This document shows, piece after piece, positions 39,424-48,768 of a DNA stretch of 64,000 bases. Every line of letters starts with the position of its first letter. Position 1 is the first letter of the stretch. Origin of the DNA: Actinomycetota bacterium (GTDB lineage Bacteria > Actinomycetota > UBA4738 > JBJMLN01); the NCBI GenBank assembly GCA_045805285.1, contig JBJMLN010000009.1, positions 4,317-68,316 on the forward strand, in the 5' to 3' direction. Made by a program: the position numbers and the translations under genes. The notes beneath the pieces were generated by a model that saw nothing but the letters and a program-made list of their open reading frames with translations, had not been told where the DNA came from and did no database searches.

Positions 39424-42000
39424 ATGGAGCTCCGGGAGGCCCCGAGCACGGAGTCGAAGCCAGAGTCGAGCCCGGAGTCGCGGAACATCCGCCGCGCGCT
39501 CGCGCGGGCTGAGTCGGGCAAGAGCCTCTCCGTCGCGGAGGTCGCGGATCTTCTCTCCTCGCGCGGCGACGACCTCGAGCGACTGATGGCGCTGGCGTCA
39601 CGGCTCCGCGAGCTCGGTCACGGCACTCGCGTCACCTATTCCCGCAAGGTCTTCGTGCCGCTGACGATGCTCTGTCGCGATCACTGCCACTACTGCACGT
39701 TCGCCAAGCCGCCCGCGCGTCTGGACCACCCCTACCTCACTCCGGAGGAGGTCGTGACGATCGCGGAGGCCGGTCGCGCGCGCGGCTGCAAGGAGGCGCT
39801 GTTCACCCTCGGCGACCGTCCGGAGGAGCGTTATCCCGTCGCGCGGGATTGGCTCGAGGAGCGCGGATATCGCTCGACGCTGGACTACGTCCGCGCGGTC
39901 GCGATCCGTGTGATCGAGGAGACCGGACTCCTCCCGCACCTCAACCCCGGCGTCATGACGTGGGAGGAGATGGCGCGGCTCAAGAACGTCTCCGCCTCGA
40001 TGGGGCTGATGCTCGAAAGCTCCTCCGTGCGACTCACCGAGCGCGGCGGTCCGCACTTCGGATCGCCGGACAAGGAGCCGGCGCGCCGTCTCCGCACGAT
40101 CGAGGACGCCGGGCGGCTCTCGATCCCGTTCACGACGGGGATCCTCGTCGGGATCGGCGAAACGGAGGTCGAGCGTGCGGAGTCGCTGCTCGCGATCCGC
40201 GATCTCCATCGCCGGTACCGCCATGTCCAGGAGGTCATCGTGCAGAACTTCCGCGCGAAGCCCGGCACTGCGATGCGGAACGCGCCGGAGCCGGACGAGG
40301 AGGAGTTCCTCGCAGCCGTCGCGACCGCGCGGATAGTGCTCGGTCCGAAGATGAGCGTGCAGGCTCCGCCGAACCTCTCCGACGTCGAGCAGCGGCTGCG
40401 GCTTCTCGACGCCGGGATCGACGATTGGGGCGGCGTGTCTCCGGTGACGCCGGATCACGTGAACCCCGAACGGCCGTGGCCGGAGATCGGCCGGCTCACG
40501 GAGACGACCGCGTCACGCGGCCTCGAGCTCCGCGAGCGGCTCACGATCTACCCGACCTTCGCGCAGCGGCCCGATCCGTGGATCGCGGGAACGATGCGGA
40601 GCGCCGTCGCCGCCCTCTCCACCGACGACGGCCTCGCGCGCGAAGGCCTCGCCCCGGAGCCGGTCGCCTGGCAGCACCAGGAGGTTCGCTGGAAGCCCCG
40701 GACGACCGACCTCACGTTCGCGAAGGCGGCCGGTCGCGGCTTGCGCGACGACGCACTCGCCGTCTACGGAGACTTCGACGCCCTCCCGGTCACGAAAGCC
40801 TGGGCCGAACAGCAGCGCTCGCCGGAGCGCCTCGACGAGGACGTCCGGCGCGCCCTCCGCAACGCATCGGAGGGCCGTGAGATCTCCGACGACGAGGCGC
40901 TCGCCCTCTTCCGCGCGGAGGGCGACGCCCTCGAGGCGCTCTGCGGCGTCGCCGACGACGTCCGCCGCGACGTCGTGGGCGATGACGTCACCTACGTCGT
41001 CAACCGGAACATCAACTTCACGAACGTCTGTTACGTCGGCTGCCGCTTCTGCGCGTTCGCCCAGCGGGAGGTCGACGCGGAGTCGTACACGCTCACGCTT
41101 TCCGAGGTGGCCGACCGCGCCGAGGAGGCCCGCGACTGGGGCGCGACGGAGATCTGCATGCAGGGCGGCATCCATCCCGATCTCCCCGGCACGTTCTACT
41201 TCGATCTCCTCGACGCGTTGAAGTCCCGCACGCCGGAGCTCCACCTCCACGCCTTCAGCCCGATGGAGATCCTCAACGGGGCGACGCGGCTCGGCATCTC
41301 CTTCGCGGAGTTCCTCTCCGAATGCAAGCGCCGCGGTCTCGGAACGATCCCCGGCACGGCCGCGGAGATCCTCGACGACGACGTCCGCTGGCTGCTCACG
41401 AAGGGGAAGCTGCCGGCGGACACCTGGGAGGAGATCGTTCGGACCGCGCACGGGCTCGGGATCCGGTCCTCCTCGACGATCATGTACGGGCACGTCGACG
41501 CACCTCCGCACTGGGTCGCTCACATCCGCCGGATCGCCTCGATCCAGCAGGACACCGGAGGCTTCACGGAGTTCGTCCCGCTCTCGTTCATCCATCAGAA
41601 CGCGCCGATCTACCTCGCCGGAAAGGCGCGTCCCGGTCCGTCGTTCGACGACAACCGGCGGATGCACGCGGTCGCGCGGATCCTCCTTCGTGGACTGATC
41701 GACAACGTTCAGGTGTCGTGGGTGAAGCTCGGTGAGGCCGCGTGTCAGTCGATCCTTCGCGGCGGCGCGAACGACTTCGGCGGCACCCTGATGGAGGAAA
41801 CGATCAGTCGCATGGCCGGCGCGGAGTGGGGCATCCGCATGGAACCCGCGCAGTTCCGTGCAGCGATCCACGCGATCGGTAGAACGCCCGTCGAACGTAC
41901 GACGACGTACGAACGCGTCGTTCGCACGCACGAAACCGGCGTTCGCAACGCGTCGCTCACAAACGCGCACGTTGTGGAAAACCTGTCCGAGAGGTCGTAA
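39424..42000 (+). CDS. fbiC: Bifunctional FO synthase (CofG-CofH fusion)
   Basis: Two radical-SAM motifs, CRDHCHYC and CYVGCRFC; YSRKVF, GTAAEILDD, GANDFGGTLMEE. Confidence 0.95.
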   Translation: MELREAPSTESKPESSPESRNIRRALARAESGKSLSVAEVADLLSSRGDDLERLMALASRLRELGHGTRVTYSRKVFVPLTMLCRDHCHYCTFAKPPARLDHPYLTPEEVVTIAEAGRARGCKEALFTLGDRPEERYPVARDWLEERGYRSTLDYVRAVAIRVIEETGLLPHLNPGVMTWEEMARLKNVSASMGLMLESSSVRLTERGGPHFGSPDKEPARRLRTIEDAGRLSIPFTTGILVGIGETEVERAESLLAIRDLHRRYRHVQEVIVQNFRAKPGTAMRNAPEPDEEEFLAAVATARIVLGPKMSVQAPPNLSDVEQRLRLLDAGIDDWGGVSPVTPDHVNPERPWPEIGRLTETTASRGLELRERLTIYPTFAQRPDPWIAGTMRSAVAALSTDDGLAREGLAPEPVAWQHQEVRWKPRTTDLTFAKAAGRGLRDDALAVYGDFDALPVTKAWAEQQRSPERLDEDVRRALRNASEGREISDDEALALFRAEGDALEALCGVADDVRRDVVGDDVTYVVNRNINFTNVCYVGCRFCAFAQREVDAESYTLTLSEVADRAEEARDWGATEICMQGGIHPDLPGTFYFDLLDALKSRTPELHLHAFSPMEILNGATRLGISFAEFLSECKRRGLGTIPGTAAEILDDDVRWLLTKGKLPADTWEEIVRTAHGLGIRSSSTIMYGHVDAPPHWVAHIRRIASIQQDTGGFTEFVPLSFIHQNAPIYLAGKARPGPSFDDNRRMHAVARILLRGLIDNVQVSWVKLGEAACQSILRGGANDFGGTLMEETISRMAGAEWGIRMEPAQFRAAIHAIGRTPVERTTTYERVVRTHETGVRNASLTNAHVVENLSERS

Positions 42001-42011
42001 TACGTCAATGT

Positions 42012-42032
42012 GATTGACCGAGATGGTCAATC
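42012..42032. promoter_or_regulatory. Inverted repeat GATTGACC-N5-GGTCAATC, candidate operator
   Basis: Perfect 8-bp arms in the AT-richer stretch upstream of whiB. Confidence 0.45.
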
Positions 42033-42181
42033 TAGTTGATGGCGAAATTTCCTGCGCGAATCCCTTGCAACGTCGAAAGAAGCCAGGGAGCATTTGCGCG
42101 ATGGTGAAACGGACCGACCGCGTCGAGCGCGCGGACGACGAGTCGTCGGATCGCTCGACCATCGGAATGCAAGATCGGGAC

Positions 42182-42226
42182 TTGCCAACGAGGGCCCCTT
42201 TCCTTCAGAATCACACGCGTGTGATT
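42182..42226 (+). promoter_or_regulatory. Sigma-A-type whiB promoter overlapped by an 18-bp palindrome
   Basis: TTGCCA (42182) - N18 - CAGAAT (42206). AATCACACGCGTGTGATT at 42209-42226 is a perfect palindrome covering the -10 end and predicted TSS. Confidence 0.6.
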
Positions 42227-42242
42227 TGGGGGGAGGAAAAGG

Positions 42243-42470
42243 GTGCATCACTACATCCCCTGGCAGGAGCGGGCCCGCTGTCGGGAATACGACCCGGAGG
42301 TCTTCTTCCCGGAGAAGGGCGGCTCCTCTCGGGAAGCGAAGCGGATCTGTGCGGAGTGTCCCGTCCGCATCGAATGCCTCAACTACGCCCTCCGGCGCGA
42401 CGAGCGCTACGGGGTCTGGGGCGGGATGAGCGAACGGGAGAGACGACGCCTGAAGCGCATGGCGTCCTGA
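42243..42470 (+). CDS. whiB: WhiB-family Fe-S transcription regulator (WhiB/WhiB2-like)
   Basis: WQERARC...DPEVFFPEKGGSSREAKRICAECPVRIECL.YAL...YGVWGG.SERERRRL; GGAGG RBS; next to the F420 genes. Confidence 0.93.
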   Translation: MHHYIPWQERARCREYDPEVFFPEKGGSSREAKRICAECPVRIECLNYALRRDERYGVWGGMSERERRRLKRMAS

Positions 42471-42490
42471 CTCGCGAAAGGGGGTGACAG

Positions 42491-42922
42491 ATGGCCACCG
42501 CCAGAAAGTCGACCAGACGACGCAAGTCCACGGCCCGGAAGTCCACGGCGCGCAAGTCCACCGCCCGGAAGTCCACGGCACGCAAGTCGACCGCACGCAA
42601 GTCGACGGCACGCAAGTCGACGACGCGCAAGTCGGCGGCACGGAAGGCCGCCGCAACGCGGCGGAAGACGACCGCTCGCCGGAAGACCGCGGGACGGAAG
42701 GCCGCCGCAACGCGGCGGAAGTCCACCGGACGCAAGTCCACCGCACGCAAGTCGACGGGACGCAAGTCCACGGCGAGGAAGTCGACCGCACGCAAGTCGA
42801 CGAGAAGGAAGTCGCCGGCACGCAAGTCGACGGCACGCAAGTCGACGGCACGGAAGTCGACGAGAAGGAAGTCGGCTGCCAAGAAGTCGACGGCACGCAG
42901 ATCGACGGCGAAGCGTCGCTGA
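42491..42922 (+). CDS. Ultra-basic ARKST pentapeptide-repeat protein (histone H1/protamine-like)
   Basis: GGGGTG RBS and ATG 20 nt after the whiB stop; 143 aa, 62 K+R, no D/E; variation between the 15-nt units is largely synonymous in this frame; followed by a terminator hairpin. Confidence 0.8.
   Translation: MATARKSTRRRKSTARKSTARKSTARKSTARKSTARKSTARKSTTRKSAARKAAATRRKTTARRKTAGRKAAATRRKSTGRKSTARKSTGRKSTARKSTARKSTRRKSPARKSTARKSTARKSTRRKSAAKKSTARRSTAKRR
42500..42910 (+). repeat. Degenerate 15-nt coding tandem repeat (GCNMGNAAGTCSACS)
   Basis: Consecutive units such as gcacgcaagtcgacg and gcccggaagtccacg, with no spacers. Confidence 0.9.
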
Positions 42923-42946
42923 ACGCCTGGCCGTCTGCCAGACCGC

Positions 42947-42971
42947 GAGAGGGGGCCATCGGCCCCCTCTC
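42947..42971 (+). terminator. Intrinsic terminator-like hairpin
   Basis: GAGAGGGGGCC-atc-GGCCCCCTCTC, 11-bp perfect stem 24 nt after the ARKST gene; weak U-tract. Confidence 0.7.
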
Positions 42972-43049
42972 CGCTTCTCCGGGCAACGATGAGATAGGAC
43001 GCGCGGAGGTGCGTGTTACCCTGCCTCGGCGCGTACGGCGCGCCCTTCC

Positions 43050-46000
43050 ATGAAGCGCTCTCGAGCCGACCGTCCTTCCTCAACGCGTACCGTCAGCGTT
43101 CAGAGCGTCGCCGTCGTCCTGGTCGTGCGGGACGCGGCGCGTTGGCTTCGCGATTGCATCCAGGGACTGTCGTCGCAGACCCATCCGCGGCTCGGCATCG
43201 TGGCGGTCGACAACGCCTCCAGCGACGGATCGGCCGAGCTCCTTCGCCAAGCGCTCGGGGAGGAGCGCGTGATCGCCCTTCCGGACAACCGCGGCCTTCC
43301 GGGAGCGATGAAGGCGGCGCTCGAGCATCCGGCCGTCCGGGAGGCGGACTACCTCCTGCTGCTGCACGACGACACCGTCCTGTCGCCCGACGCCGTCTCC
43401 CACATGGTCGACGCCGCCGAACAGATCGAGAACGTCGGCATCGTCGGCCCGAAGGTGGTCGACTGGGATGACCCGAGGGTCCTGCGCGAGGTCGGGCGCT
43501 CCACGGACCGGTTTGGTTTCCCGTATTCGCCTCTCGAGGACGGGGAGCTCGACCAGGGCCAGTACGACCGCGTGCGGGAGGTGCTGTTCGTCTCCTCCTG
43601 CGCGATGTTGATCTCCCGCGCTGCCTGGGAGCGCACGGGGCTCCCTGACGAGCGATTGGCCGCGCATCACGACGATCTGGACCTGTGCTGGCGAGCGCGC
43701 CTCGCCGGGTTCCGCGTCGTCATGACCCCGCTCGCAACGGCGCGTCACCGCGGCTCGTCGATGCGCGGCGAGCGAGCCGACCGCCGCGCGGCGAAGCGCG
43801 GACGTTACTTCGCCGAACGAGCCGCGCTCGCGTCGATGCTCAAGAACTACGGTCTCGTGACCCTGCTCTGGGTGCTGCCCCTCTACCTGCTGCAGGGGAT
43901 CGGCAAGCTGCTGCTGTTCACCTTCGAGCGCCGGTTCGAGGACGTCTGGCAGATCCTCTCCGCGTGGGGATGGAACATCAGGCGCCTCCCCGGAACGCTC
44001 GCCCGCCGTCGCAGGACCCAGTCGGCGCGGAAGGTCCCCGACCGCGAAGTCCGGCGCTATATGGCGCCGAGCAGCGTCCGAGTGCGGCGGTGGTTCGAAG
44101 CCGCGGGGGAGCTGGTCGAGCCGATCGTCGCGGCCGACGGCGACGAACCGGCAGCGGTGCCGCTCCGCTCGAGGGCCGCGTCGCTCGCGGGTTCGCGTCC
44201 CGTCTTCGTCGGATGGACCGTCGGGATCCTCGTTGCCGTGGTGGCGATGCGGCGGCTCTTCGGAGGAACGGTCCTCGACGGAGGCGCCCTGCCGGTCTTT
44301 CCGGCGCACGCCCAGTCCTTCTATACGGAGCTCCTGTCCGCCGTCCGGACGACAGGTCTCGGCGGAACGCAGGCGGCGAGCCCCGGTCTCGGTCTCCTCG
44401 GTGGGCTCTCCTCGCTGTTGTTCGGCAGCACCTCCCTCGCACAGAAGGTCCTCCTCGGCGTGCTCCCGTTCGCGGGCGCCGTCGTCGTCTACCGCGCCGT
44501 TCTCCGACAGACGGAGCGCACGCTCGCGGGCGTCGTCGCGGCCGCGTGCTACGCGCTGACGCCGGTCATGCTCTGGTCGTTCTCGCAGGGGCGGATCCCC
44601 GTCCTGTTCGCACTCGCCGCCCTCCCGATCCTTGCCGACCGTCTCGAGTGGGCGTTCGGAGAGGACCCGCCGTACCGGGAGTGGCGCTTCGTCATCGGCA
44701 CCGGGGTCGTCCTCGCGGTCGGCGCGGCCTTCTTCCCCGGCGTCGCGCTCGCGGCCCTTCCGCTCCTCGCCGCGCAGCTGCTGTTCGCGCGTGGCAGCCG
44801 TGTCACCGGAGTCCGGCTGACGGTCCTGTTCGTTCTCGCCGGCGCTGTGCTGGTGTTCCCGATGGTCCCGACGTTCGTCACGGGAGCCGGATCCGCGTTC
44901 GCGCTGCGCGTCGGCGGCGCGGACTTCGCCTCGCTGGCTCGGCTCGTTCTCGGCCCCGCCCCGGGCGCGTGGGCGGTGTCGTGGTTCATCCCGGCGTCCG
45001 CGGTGCTCTCCGCGATGCTTGCCGCGCCGGAGCTCCGCGGCCGAGCGTTCCGGATGCTCGTCGCCGCCGGGGCCAGTACCGTGCTCGCCTGGTGCGCGGC
45101 CGCGGGATGGCTGCCGGCCGGGTTCGCGAACCCCGTCGCCTACACGGCGGCGGCGGCCGTCGCCGAGGTCCTGCTGATCGGCTACGGCGTCGCGTCGCTC
45201 CTCTCCTGGATCGGGCGACAGTCGTTCGGTCTGCGCCAGGTCGCCGGGCTCGTGCTCGGAACGCTCCTCGCCGGAGGTCTGGTGCTCCAGTCGGCGACGG
45301 CGATGATCGGCAGCTGGGCGATCGGCCCCGGGAAGCTCCCGCCGGCCTGGCCGTCGATCGCATCCAAGGGCGGCGGCGACTTCCGGGTCCTGTGGATCGG
45401 ACGTTCCTCGGGATCTGCTTTCCCGGCGCCGGGCGGCGATCCCGAGGGCCTTGTCCCGGCGGGAGACGCGTCGCTGCGGTACGGGGTCACCGACCGACAG
45501 GGGAGAACGGCGCTCGACGTCGGCCGGGCGGGAGTCGGTCCCGGCTACGACCGCGTCGAGCACATCCTTGACCTCGCCCTCTCCGGCACGACGAGCCACG
45601 CGGGTGCGCTCCTCGGCCCCTTCGGCATCCGGTACGTGATCGCGGGCGACGGAGACCTCCCCGAAGGGGCGGTGACGGCCCTCGGTCACCAGCTCGATCT
45701 CAATCTGGTGCCATTCGGCGGCCTGCAGATCTATCGGAACGCCGCGCAGCTTCCGCCCGCGGCGGTCATCTCCTCCGACGCGTATCGGAACGCCGCTGTG
45801 CGGGCCGACCCGAGCGTGCTGGCGGCGCAACCGCCGCCCCCGGCGACCGCCCTCCAAGAGGTCACGGGCGGCTGGATCGGCACCGGGCGCGACGGCGGAG
45901 TCGTGTCGATCGGAGACCAGTTCGCGGACGGCTGGCGCCTACGCTCGAATGCGGACGAGGTTGCTCCGAGAGAGCTGTACGGCTGGGCCGTCGGGTTCCC

Positions 46001-46136
46001 GATGCCGCCCGGCGCATTCTCCGTGTTCTACAGCCTGCAATGGATCCGGACCGCGGAGATGATCCTCCTCGGTGTCCTGTGGCTCGCGGCGCTGTGGATG
46101 ACTCGAAGGCGTTCTGACGCGGCGGGCGCGCGATGA
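43050..46136 (+). CDS. GT2 glycosyltransferase fused to large multi-TM domain
   Basis: AVDNASSDGS, LLLHDD, VGPKVVDW, DLDLCWRAR, then more than 10 TM helices. The gene usually found after whiB in actinobacteria. Start approximate. Confidence 0.87.
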   Translation: MKRSRADRPSSTRTVSVQSVAVVLVVRDAARWLRDCIQGLSSQTHPRLGIVAVDNASSDGSAELLRQALGEERVIALPDNRGLPGAMKAALEHPAVREADYLLLLHDDTVLSPDAVSHMVDAAEQIENVGIVGPKVVDWDDPRVLREVGRSTDRFGFPYSPLEDGELDQGQYDRVREVLFVSSCAMLISRAAWERTGLPDERLAAHHDDLDLCWRARLAGFRVVMTPLATARHRGSSMRGERADRRAAKRGRYFAERAALASMLKNYGLVTLLWVLPLYLLQGIGKLLLFTFERRFEDVWQILSAWGWNIRRLPGTLARRRRTQSARKVPDREVRRYMAPSSVRVRRWFEAAGELVEPIVAADGDEPAAVPLRSRAASLAGSRPVFVGWTVGILVAVVAMRRLFGGTVLDGGALPVFPAHAQSFYTELLSAVRTTGLGGTQAASPGLGLLGGLSSLLFGSTSLAQKVLLGVLPFAGAVVVYRAVLRQTERTLAGVVAAACYALTPVMLWSFSQGRIPVLFALAALPILADRLEWAFGEDPPYREWRFVIGTGVVLAVGAAFFPGVALAALPLLAAQLLFARGSRVTGVRLTVLFVLAGAVLVFPMVPTFVTGAGSAFALRVGGADFASLARLVLGPAPGAWAVSWFIPASAVLSAMLAAPELRGRAFRMLVAAGASTVLAWCAAAGWLPAGFANPVAYTAAAAVAEVLLIGYGVASLLSWIGRQSFGLRQVAGLVLGTLLAGGLVLQSATAMIGSWAIGPGKLPPAWPSIASKGGGDFRVLWIGRSSGSAFPAPGGDPEGLVPAGDASLRYGVTDRQGRTALDVGRAGVGPGYDRVEHILDLALSGTTSHAGALLGPFGIRYVIAGDGDLPEGAVTALGHQLDLNLVPFGGLQIYRNAAQLPPAAVISSDAYRNAAVRADPSVLAAQPPPPATALQEVTGGWIGTGRDGGVVSIGDQFADGWRLRSNADEVAPRELYGWAVGFPMPPGAFSVFYSLQWIRTAEMILLGVLWLAALWMTRRRSDAAGAR

Positions 46137-47554
46137 GGGCGCGCGCGCAGTTCCTGGGAACGCTCCTCGTCGTCGTGGTCGTCGTCGCCGCCGGCGTGTA
46201 CCTCGAGCGCCAGCTCGGTCCGAAGGCGCAGGCCGCTCCCGTCGGCGGCACCGCGACGTCGGGAGCGTGGTTCTGCCCGCACGGCGGCGCGCCGGAGGGG
46301 ACGAAGGACTGGAAGGCGACGCTCGCCGTCGCGAACCCCGGCTCCAGCCCGGTCCGCGTCCGCGTGACGGAGCTGGCGGAGGAGAAACCCGGCCCGTCCC
46401 AGGCGTCCGTCGTACCGCCCGGCCGGGAGATCCTCCTCGACGTTCCCGTGAGCTCCCCGGCCGCCTCGACGTTCGTGGAGTACTTCGGCGGCTGGGTTTC
46501 CGCGGGCTGGGTCATGCGAGCGCAGGGTCCCATCTCCGGCGTCGCCGCGGAGTCGTGCACGCCGGAGGCGGACCGTACCTGGACGCTCGCCGACGGCGAC
46601 ACCAGCCTGCCGCAGGGGGCGAAGCCGAAGGAAGGCAACGACACCGATCTCGTGATCATGAACCCATTCGCCACCGACGCGGCCCTCTCCGTCGTCCTGT
46701 ACGCGAGCCAGCGGCCGACAACCACCAAGGACCTCACGGACTTCGTCCTGCCCGCGATGCGGAGCGTCTCGATCCCGCTGGCGAAGCTGGTCGTCGGGCC
46801 GGAGGCGCTCGGCGCGCAGGTGCGCGTCTCCGTCGGGCGCGTCGCCGCCGCGACCCTCTCGACCTCGTTCGTGAACGGCATCCGGTCGTCGGAGGGGATC
46901 CCGGGGACTCCCCCACAGCGGATGTTCCTTCCGGCCGGAACGGGGCACGCTGCCACCCAGCTCGCGGTCACGGCGCCCGCGCCGCAGGGCGTCGAGGTCA
47001 CGGGGGGACTCCGCGGGCCTCAGTCTCCCCAGGTCGTCGCTGAGCTCGACCACCGCCAGCAGCAAGGTGGAACCTCCGCCGCGGTCGACGGCTCGATCCA
47101 GGGCCCGTCGACCTACCAGCTCTCGGCTTCGGGGGGAGTCGGCGCGGCGGTCCGGACGCTCGCGTCGGACACCTCGCACGATCGCGGCGGCACGTCCGGG
47201 AGCGTGGTCGCGGCGCCTGCCTGGGTGGTTCCTCCTGCCGCGGCGTCCGAGCCGGCGAGGCCCTCGATCGTCCTGCTCGACGCCGGAACGCAAGATGCCC
47301 GGGTGACGCTCACGGCGCTGCCGTCCGGGAAGGCCAAGGCGCCCAAGCCGGTCACCGTGACTGTTCCTGCAGGCCTGAGCGCTTCGGCTCCGACGAAGTT
47401 CGTCTCCGCCGCGGCGACCTCCAGCGTGGTTGCGGTCTCCTCCGGCCCGCCGATCGTGGCGGCTTCTATGGCGTTCTCCGAAGGGCAACACGGGGTGGGT
47501 GGTTTCGCCCTCGCAACCGGTGTCGTCGAACCGGGAGATGGGAACAACAGCTGA
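46133..47554 (+). CDS. Secreted/anchored DUF5719-like protein
   Basis: N-terminal TM, WFCP, VANP, LVIMNPF, beta-rich. ATGA-coupled to the GT2 gene. Confidence 0.72.
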   Translation: MRARAQFLGTLLVVVVVVAAGVYLERQLGPKAQAAPVGGTATSGAWFCPHGGAPEGTKDWKATLAVANPGSSPVRVRVTELAEEKPGPSQASVVPPGREILLDVPVSSPAASTFVEYFGGWVSAGWVMRAQGPISGVAAESCTPEADRTWTLADGDTSLPQGAKPKEGNDTDLVIMNPFATDAALSVVLYASQRPTTTKDLTDFVLPAMRSVSIPLAKLVVGPEALGAQVRVSVGRVAAATLSTSFVNGIRSSEGIPGTPPQRMFLPAGTGHAATQLAVTAPAPQGVEVTGGLRGPQSPQVVAELDHRQQQGGTSAAVDGSIQGPSTYQLSASGGVGAAVRTLASDTSHDRGGTSGSVVAAPAWVVPPAAASEPARPSIVLLDAGTQDARVTLTALPSGKAKAPKPVTVTVPAGLSASAPTKFVSAAATSSVVAVSSGPPIVAASMAFSEGQHGVGGFALATGVVEPGDGNNS

Positions 47555-47612
47555 TACCGCAGCGGTTCTCCATGCGTCTACTATTAGCGGCACTTTCCTG
47601 GCGGAGGCATGC

Positions 47613-48680
47613 GTGCTGAACAAGGGACGACACGTCCAACGAAGGTTCTTCGGCCGCACCTGGCTCGTGGTGCTGCTGGTCATCGCAGGGGTCGTCCTCC
47701 TGGCCGGGGGCGGGTCCGCGTTCGCTGCCTACCGCTACGACCAGGCGACGGAGCACAAGCTCCTGCCCGGAACGGAGATCTCCGGCGTCGACGTCGGCGG
47801 GATGACTCGGAAGGAGGCGATCGCCGCCGTCCGGAGCCAGGTCGACCATTCGCTCACGACGGGTCTGTCGATCTCCTCCGCGGGTCAGCAGTGGCAGGTC
47901 ACTCCGGAGCAGCTGGGCGTCCAGGCGAACATCTCCAAGTCCGTGACCCAGGCGATGCGGCAGACGGAGTCGCTTCCGTGGTGGCAGCGCGTGTACCACC
48001 GGATCGCCGACAAGCCCGTGCACTCCTCGACCCCCGTCCACTACGACTACGACCAGTCGAAGGTCGACGAGTTCGTCCACCAGATCGCGAGCAAGGTGGA
48101 GGAGCAGCCGCAGAGCGCGAGCCTTGCCCTCGTCGACGGCAAGGTCGTCCACCAGAAGGCCAAGCCGGGACAGCAGCTGAAGGCCCCGTTCGGCGCGCAG
48201 CGCGTGCTGAACGCTCTGGAGCACCAGCAGACGTCCGTCACCCTGCCGGTGAAGAAGGTCCAGCCGGAGTCGAACGACGCCGGCGTCACGGTCGTCGTCC
48301 GCCTCTCGGAGAACCGCCTGTATCTCTACGACGGCTTCAACCTGGAGAAGACCTACCCGGTCGCGACCGCGATGCCCGGATTCACCACTCCGGTCGGCAC
48401 GTGGCAGATCGTCAACAAGGTGGAGAACCCGACGTGGGTGAACCCTGCTCCGACGGGTTGGGGAGCGGGAGAGCCCGCGACGATCCCGCCCGGCCCCGGA
48501 AACCCGCTCGGAACGCGCGCCCTGTACCTCAACGCTCCGGGCATCCGGATCCACGGCACGTACGACACGGGCTCGATCGGCACCTATGCCTCGCACGGTT
48601 GTATCCGCATGACGATCGCGGACTCCGAGGACCTGTATCCGCGGGTGCCAGTCGGCTCGACCGTCCTCATCACCCAGTAG
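47613..48680 (+). CDS. L,D-transpeptidase with PG-binding domain
   Basis: TM; GVDVGG.T..EA; YkuD NPLGTRAL...IRIHGT...SHGCIR. GGAGG RBS before GTG 47613. Confidence 0.9.
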   Translation: MLNKGRHVQRRFFGRTWLVVLLVIAGVVLLAGGGSAFAAYRYDQATEHKLLPGTEISGVDVGGMTRKEAIAAVRSQVDHSLTTGLSISSAGQQWQVTPEQLGVQANISKSVTQAMRQTESLPWWQRVYHRIADKPVHSSTPVHYDYDQSKVDEFVHQIASKVEEQPQSASLALVDGKVVHQKAKPGQQLKAPFGAQRVLNALEHQQTSVTLPVKKVQPESNDAGVTVVVRLSENRLYLYDGFNLEKTYPVATAMPGFTTPVGTWQIVNKVENPTWVNPAPTGWGAGEPATIPPGPGNPLGTRALYLNAPGIRIHGTYDTGSIGTYASHGCIRMTIADSEDLYPRVPVGSTVLITQ

Positions 48681-48768
48681 CGATCCCGGCGAACGATCCG
48701 CCCCCGAGCGATCCCCGCACTTCCGCGCGTCGTTGGAACTTACACGCATGTGATCTACCATCCTCGGC

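Noticed and set aside
42500-42910. Possible CRISPR array
   Set aside because: Units are 15 nt, contiguous, spacer-less and coding; there are no cas genes in the window.
42379-43083. Antisense ORF (VDLRA repeats) and alternative-frame ORF 42484-43053 (QVDGT repeats) over the ARKST gene
   Set aside because: Shadow frames of the 15-nt repeat. Only the ARKST frame has an RBS, operon position, a downstream terminator and mostly synonymous variation.
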